Assembly: GCF_001194135.2 (NCBI RefSeq)
Contig: NC_068981.1
Span: 53,251,309-53,315,308 of the forward strand
Source of the DNA: Octopus bimaculoides
Lineage: Eukaryota
Direction: 5' to 3'
Length of the DNA: 64,000 nucleotides
The position numbers were made by a program, and so were the translations under genes. The notes below the pieces were generated by a model that worked only from the letters and a program-made list of their open reading frames with translations, searched no databases and was not told the origin of the DNA. How positions within the stretch are numbered: the stretch's first letter is position 1; the number at the start of each line of letters is the position of its first letter. Of this stretch, positions 56,831-64,000 are shown one piece after another.

Positions 56831-59800
56831 ATGCATGTAGTCAGTACTTAGTATTGATGACCCCTTTCTGCCGTATATTTTCCTTTAAATATCTCGGGAG
56901 TGTTAAAAGTAATGCTTATCTATGAACTCTCACTAGGTATTTTTGTTTGTCCAACAATTATTTATATGTTTTATGTGTGCTATTTTGCAACAAAATATAT
57001 CAGTTATATTTTCTTTTTTTTTGTGATTTGGTGCTACTTCATAGACTGTTTAAAATACTATGTTGGAAATCTATTTTTCGTATTTTTAAAGATTTTGGAA
57101 AAAAAAAATGATTCCTATGAATGTTGAAGGATATTTTACCAACATTATAAACCTTCAATGTGACATAATGGTTTTACTGGCTTTCCATAAACAAATTATA
57201 AATTGCATTTTTAAAAGTGTGTGAATGTTTGTATTTAGGAAGAGAAGTTTTCATCTTTTTATTTATTTTAATATTTTCAAATGACTTCCATAATATTTAT
57301 GTGATATATTTTGTTCAAAAGAAACTGTTAATGCTAAATTATCTATTGTCGTTTTTAAAGAAACACATCTTAAAATATCAATGCCAAACTGCACCAAAAA
57401 TTTTCTTGCTTTAATATGCAAAAATTGAACTAATAATTTTAATTTAATGCATAGTATTTTATGTAAAATTTATTGTAAAAGATTCCTTTTTTAACACTTG
57501 TTATTATCTTCTGTTTTGCACCTCACCTGTCATTTAAAAAGGAAATTTAAAAAAACAAAAAAACATTTCTTTTGCCCATATTGTTTATACTAATTAATTT
57601 ATTGGAAATAATTGATCTGCAAGGCAAAGAACTGTATCTTAAACTCAGGGAAGATTGTTATTTTTAAATGGATACTAAATTCAGTACATTGTTTAACAGG
57701 ATACTATTTTGACCAAATGATATCAATACTTTATATTTATCTTAACTAATATAATAATGCACTAAATAGTAACTGGGGCAAAATTATTTAATTCAAGCTT
57801 TTAAATAGTATTTACTTTTCTTGTATATTTAATTATTTTAATTTTCTTCGTGACCAATAATATATCAAGAATTATACTAATTTTAAAAAAAAATATATAA
57901 TTATTATGAATTGCATACTTAGTTGAATTTTTTTAATTCATGTATTTAAAAATAATTCTTTATTTAAAAACAACCTGAAAGGTGCTAATTCTAATAAAAA
58001 TTTATCTAAAGTAATACATATTATTTTATTCATTTGTGACATTTCCCTCTCAGTTTCCACCATTCCTTATTCATCATACTGAACTGTTCGTCCAAGACTG
58101 TCAAATTCACAGCCATTAATATACCTTTATTAATTCACATATCAACATCAGCAAAATTCCATCAACATATCAATTTTTGATTTTGTAAAATATTCAAATA
58201 AATAATGAAAATAATAGACATTTGTCATATTAAAATGTTCTTTTTTAAATTAATTTGTTTTATATTAAACCAATTTTTAAAAAAATTTTATTTTTTTGTT
58301 TGTTTTTGTTAAAATATTTTAAATAGTCATATAAGTGTAGATATTATACATTGTTAACTATTATGCATCTTTAAATGAGGACATTAAGTTATACTTACAA
58401 TTAAATAGTTACGTTACTCCTCATCTCATACCAAAGGTATTGTTTGACAAGTTTTATTTATCAAAATTTTAAATTCTAAAGATTTGTTCATTTTATGTTT
58501 TGAATTTATATTGGAAAACGTTTTCTAGATCATTTTATTGCTCTTAATTTTTGTTTCATATGCTGGTGTCATAGTGTTTGTTTTTCAGCCATGCAACAGG
58601 CACATAAATAGATTTAAAAGTATAAGATTACGTTTCCTTCTGCTCTCATCAATTTATAATAGAAGAAATTATTTATCATTATAGTAATTGAGTTTCAAAG
58701 ATATGATTACCATATGAATCTTGTATATATATTTAATATTCAGAATGTTAAAGGGTTTTATAAATAATTTTTAAAAAGTCTTTATTGTCTTTGAAACAAC
58801 TGATGAAAGGCAAATACAACTAACTTCTAGTAATTATCATTGCTTTTAAACAGTGATTATCACAATACTAATTAATACACATAAATATTGTAATGATCAC
58901 TACTTGAAAGAACATTGCCATTTATAACACTAAGTGGTACAGGATAACATACTTAATATAATGAGCTAAAAAACCACTCCATTTTTCAATGAAAATTATC
59001 ACTTGTAGGAAAATAAATTTTATTAGCTTACTAATAATTCTTATGAAGACAGCCATGGGAGACAATAATCAATTAGAAAATTGGATGGAGGATTCAGTGA
59101 GTGATTGAATTTGATCTTTGGCAGGTATGGTAACAACTCTAGATATGTTTCAGTATTATTAGACCTCCTCAGCTAAATGTACTAACCGGTACTTACCCAG
59201 ATCCACAGTTACTGAGATTTTTAGGGTGGTGGGTGGGTAACTGTATTAATTATATTATCTCACTTCACATGCAGAATCCATCCATAGAAAATATCCCCCC
59301 CCCCACTGTCATCATTTGTCATTAATAGCCTCTTAATTATATTGACATTTTCATAGTACATACTCCCTACCTTTCTTTTAACAGATACAGTTTAAACTAG
59401 TCACTAACATTCTTAAAACAGTAATAAATTGACAACAGTACAACTGAACTATTTTGTTTTCAATTTATCTTTTCTTTATATGATCTAGTTTGACAATAAG
59501 TGGTACTATTTGCTTCTAATTGTTTATCTAGATCAAGTTGTTGAATGTGATTCAACAAAATTATTCATTATCTGTTCAAATGTCATATTTATTTGGCTTC
59601 TTATTGTTTTTCTCACCCCACATAAGAAATTTGTTTTTCTTTTTTTCACCTTGTAACACTTTACCAACTTTTGTTTTTCTTTTTGCTATGATTCAAACCT
59701 ATTCCTTGCTTTTTCCCTGTTGTTTCCACATTGCCATTTTATATTGTTTATTTTGAAATTGTTTACATTTTGTATTAAGTTTTTATTTTGTAACTATTTT

Positions 59801-61135
59801 AAAAGTAGTCATGAAAATCATTACTTTCATGTTAAATTAAAAAGCATTTCTTCTTTATATGAATAAAATTTTTGTCCTGATGCTTTTGTTGAAGTATTTT
59901 TTGTGTCAAGCTAATCAGTTCAGCATCAACACAGAGGTTAAGCAAGCTTGTTGTTGTTTCCAAATCAGCACTAATTAAGTAAACCAATGATCAACAGAAG
60001 TCAAGCCATGATCATCCTGTATTTTCTTTCAGACAATGTGTACCCTGAACTCCACTATCCAGTGTGTCCCTCAGTTTTGTAGGGTGTTGCTTGAGGAAAA
60101 CTTGGCTGCTACTTCTTGCAAGTCAATTAACCACAATGAGGCTCCCTCGTTACTTCAACTGTAGAATAGTTATTCTGATAGGCACAGGTGTTCCATGTTC
60201 AGCCCGACTTAATGGCAACTTGGACAAGTATCTTCTACTATAGCCCTGGGCCAACTAAAGCTTTGTAAATGATTTTGTAGACAGAAACTGCCTACCAAAA
60301 CCATTATATGTATGTATGTTTTTGTGTGTGTGTGTGTGTCTTGACAACACATGATAGTTGTAAAATGGTTGTCACTGTTATACAAGCAGTGTCATTCATT
60401 TCCAATATTCTGTGAGAACATGTCTGACCATGGGGAAATATTACTTTACTTGTAAACAGGTGAGAGTTGGCCGCAGGAAGGACTCAGGAATCTGCTCAGT
60501 CATAGGCAACTTGTTGACTTTGTTTATAACATGGTTGTAGCTTCCAATTAAGATGACGTAGAGTAAGTAAGAGAGGGAAAATGGCAGAGTGATGATGAGG
60601 AGATGAAGCCAAAAAAAATGAAGGAGATTGAGTGCAAGGTATAACTACTGTGATGACAATGCTGCTAACCTAAGAAGAAAGAATTAGATAACATTGGTTT
60701 CTTTTTCTTATTTGCTGGGTCTGGAGGAAGTGGCAGTATGTGTGGCCCTTTCAGAAAAAACTGAAACCTCTGAGATTAATGTCATTAATGTTCCACTTAA
60801 AACTGTAGCATGTTGACACTTTCAAGAATGGCATGAGCCAAGAAGAGATTCTAGAAGGCTAATGTTCTTGAGAGGGAATAACTGGGCATAATGGTTAGAG
60901 TGAGGCTTGAGAAAGATGGACTCTACAAGGGTAATGGAAGGAGAGGAGATAAGTGGAGGAAGCACAAGACCAACCAACTCAGAGGAACAAAGACCACTGT
61001 AATTCTATTAGACAACTCATACAATTTTCTCAGTTTTTTTTTTTTCAGTTTCTTTCTCTTCCTTTTATTTACATGAATAATTTGACAGTTGAAATTTCTC
61101 TTTATTTGTTTTAACCCAATTATTGTCTAACTTAA

Positions 61136-61346
61136 CTCTTTAGCATTTAAATGGGCTATATCTGACCCAAATATTCAATGTTCAAACCAACCAGATCTGA
61201 CCTCTCACACTTACCCTACGATGTTGTTCTAACTATATACAATTACATCATTGAAATCTTGACGATATGAGATAATATTTGATTAATTCAAAACAAAGAG
61301 GTTGATTTAGCATTATATTTGACTGAGTAGTCTAAATGTTAAAGGG
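61136..61346 (+). mobile_element. piggyBac-like MITE with TTAA target duplication
   Basis: ttaa|ctctttagcatttaaa ... ctaaatgttaaaggg|ttaa. Confidence 0.8.
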
Positions 61347-62224
61347 TTAAAGAAGTAGCCTCTTTATGGCACTATTTGTCATGCAGTTGTTTGATATATA
61401 TACTGCCCAAAGCTATTATCGATACACACACTGCCTAAAGTTATTATTGCAAAAGATAAGCAAATTTTAATCAGAAGCAAAATGTTGCAAAAATATATAG
61501 AATCTCTTTGTTAACAGAATTGTCACTGAAATATTGTTTGGCTTTCGAATTCAGTATTTTGTTCATGTTTATTTTAAGATTGCTCTGGAAAAGTGACATT
61601 TCTATTTGTAGTGATTAAACAAACTTTAACAATTTAGATTTTAAAAACTGACTAGTTTTATTGTGCATTCACTACACTTAAAGAATATAATAATAAAGAG
61701 AGAGAGACAGAGAGAGATGGGAGGAGAGAAAGAGAGTAACAAAATCTTTGAATAGAAAATTCCAGTAAAAATAAACAAGAATATTTTCTTAAGTTGACAC
61801 TCTTCAAATTAAAGCATAAATAGATGATTAATAGTGTTCACTATCATTTGAAAACAACTCATCTGTTTTTTTTTGTTTTTTTTTTTGCTTTTTCTTAAAT
61901 AAAATTACAGAAATCTTGTTCCATTTTATATACAATAATTGATAAGGTGCAAGCAATATGGTCTCGGGTTCAGTCCCACCATGTGGTAGCTTGGGCAAGT
62001 ATCTTCTACTATAGCCTCAGGCTGACCAAAGCCTTGTGAGTGAATTTGGCTGACTTGTCACACACACACGTGTGTGTGTGTGTTTGTGTCTGTGTCTGTC
62101 CCCCACCACTGTTTGATAACTGGTGTTGGTGTGTTTACATCCCTATAGCTTAGCAGTTCAGCAAAAAAGACTGATAAAAAAAAGTACAAGTCTTTAAAAA
62201 AGCAAAATTGTACACTGTTGTGAT

Positions 62225-62770
62225 AAAAACTTTCGGTGCTGATATGGTTGTTTAACCTCAGGTTAGCCTTGATTGAGCTTCCTGGAGAAGGATAGGCTCG
62301 ACCAATTTTAAAATACCTAAGTCATACTGTATGACATAATAGTGTTTCTATACTCCATTAGGAGTTGAGGGCCCAAGGAAAGGCATTATCAAAGACACAG
62401 TCATGCTGACTTTTTTTTAGGATAAAGTATCTGTAGTACATTATCTAATGTGACCTTTCTTTTTTAAAGCAGACATATGTGAATTAAGGTTTATTGAGTG
62501 TTGTTTCTAGCAGGTTGTGTGACTACATAAATGTTCCTTCATCAGCTCATACACATCTAGTGATGTTGTTGTTTAGACCCAGGTCAGCACTGCTCAAGTA
62601 GTCCTTTGATCAAAGGTGTTTCAACCATGACCATTTTATGGTTTTATACATTAGAGACTATATTATCTAATGAATGTGTCTTTTTCTAAAATAGTAGGAT
62701 GTGAGTTGAGGAAATTTTGACTGCTATTTCTAGCAAGTTGAACAATCACGTAGAGGCTCCTTCATTGGCT
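62225..62770. repeat. Unclassified interspersed repeat, two adjacent copies (others at about 10400-10640, 21440-21630, 34550-34720, 41260-41470, 59930-60160)
   Basis: Recurring gttgttgtttag.cccaggtcagc..tgatcaaag...gctgctatttctagcagg...gaggctcc. Confidence 0.6.
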
Positions 62771-63699
62771 TACAAATATCTGGTGTATGTTCAATAACTG
62801 AAAAACGCATATTGTATTGATCATAATTAATTGTTCTAGCTAAACAGAAATACTGGAAAAGAATACTGTAACCATAGTTATCTCTAAGCTGAGCAGATAT
62901 ATACTGCACAATAGCTATCATATGCCAATGGGTGACACTTGCTCTGGAACTCAATGAATTAGTTGAGATTAAGAAATTTTGAATACTAATGGAATTAAAT
63001 GATAAATGGAAGTCTATAATAGAGTTTAGTGAATGGAAGTCAAGACAAGCAAATGTTAATACTGATTGACAATTTATTACTTGTCATTGACATGAAATCT
63101 CCAGTCCTCTCTGTCTAAAATATCCATGATTATGAGAAACTATATGTTACACTTCCAGAAAATTATTGCAGCACAGATTAATGTTTGGTTTTATTGGATG
63201 TATTGATCTTGGCAATTTACAAAATCAAATGAATGGTAAATGCAGGCATGGTTATGTTGTAAGAAGTGTGCTTCCCAACCATATTGTTTCAGGTTCAGTC
63301 TCATTGTGTTGTACCATGGCCAAGTGCCTTCTACTATAGTCCCAGGCCAACAAAAGCAGTGTGAGTGGATTTGGTTGACAGAAACTGAAAGAAGCCTGTC
63401 GTGTGTGTGTGTGTGTGAGTTTTATTGTCTCCTTCCTTTGACATCACATGATAGTTGTGAATGCATATCACCTTTGTTGCCAGTCTACTGTGAAACTATA
63501 TCTGGTGATAGAGAAACATTAGCTTACTTGGAGACAGGTTTGGGTTGATGACAAGAAGAGCATCCAGCTGTAGAAAACCTGCCTTAACAAATTCCATGCA
63601 AACATGGAAAAGTGGAGATTAAGAATCAATGATGATGATAATAATACATACATACATACATACATACACACATACACACATACATACATACATACAACA

Positions 63700-64000
63700 T
63701 TCTCAAAGGCTGTAGGGTTGGAGTTTGGTCAGGATAAATGTTATATGGTTGTGAAAAGATAGAAATCTACAAACCAGATTAGTAACATCTTCATCAATGA
63801 TTTGACTATTTCCCCTGTATCTGATGAGGAATGTTACAGGTATCTAGGGGTGGATGAAAATATATCTTACAATGGCACCTGTAACAAAACATGTGTCACT
63901 AAAGAATATTACAGCCGAATAAAGAAAATTCGGACCTCAGAACTCTCTGTGTTCAATAAAACAGTGGCCCACAATGTGTTTGCAGTGCCAGTACTCATAC
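63700..64000 (+). mobile_element. R4/Dong-like non-LTR retrotransposon RT C-terminal fragment, running off the window end
   Basis: FSKAVGLEFGQDKC..(stop)..YRYLGVDE..VTKEYYSRIKKIRTSELSVFNKTVAHNVFAVPVL. Confidence 0.75.

Noticed and set aside
56275-56925. Many long ORFs (up to 179 aa) on both strands
   Set aside because: They are stop-free translations of (TA/TATG)n microsatellite. The same applies to ORFs at 2875-3185, 32639-32857, 51953-52141 and 52396-52809.
59069-59240. Possible minus-strand exon pair (59197-59240 and 59069-59138) giving LPTHHPKNLSNCGSGVVTIPAKDQIQSLTESSIQFSN*
   Set aside because: The intron is only 58 nt, the polypyrimidine tract is poor, there is no recognisable homology, and no upstream exons were found. 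It cannot be supported without RNA data.
1-64000. CRISPR array, rRNA or prokaryotic/viral operon
   Set aside because: No regularly spaced repeat-spacer array, rRNA-like sequence or dense intronless gene cluster anywhere in the window.

Overview
AT-rich, microsatellite- and retroposon-dense animal genomic DNA. The repeat families, the (CAT)n/(ATT)n/(TA)n tracts and the mollusc-like gene structure are most consistent with a coleoid cephalopod (Octopus); this is recognition, not a database result. Two intron-rich genes lie head-to-head. SEC13 is on the - strand: 9 coding exons from an ATG-only exon at 13464-13466 to the window start, with the 3' end outside the window. A UHMK1/KIS-like kinase with a C-terminal RRM/UHM is on the + strand: 10 coding exons, 39435-55477, 1224 nt = 407 aa + stop, all GT-AG and phase-consistent. 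The rest is decayed mobile DNA: Tc1, pogo, hAT, piggyBac-like MITEs, RTE, CR1, Tx1, CRE, R4/Dong-like and Penelope-like fragments, and tRNA-derived SINEs. There are five N gaps. I see no CRISPR array, rRNA or intact tRNA, and no clearly new multi-gene system. The best leads are: (i) the UHMK1 UHM domain lacks the R-X-F and acidic-helix signatures, and the kinase C-lobe carries two CxxC motifs; (ii) a Tx1-like LINE family whose two copies are both bracketed by (ATT)n; (iii) a double-hairpin element next to the SEC13 promoter; (iv) a candidate distal UHMK1 promoter/first exon with a CTCF-like site inside a CpG-retaining domain; (v) a perfect 46-bp palindrome. All coordinates and translations were read by hand. 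Repeat boundaries are approximate.
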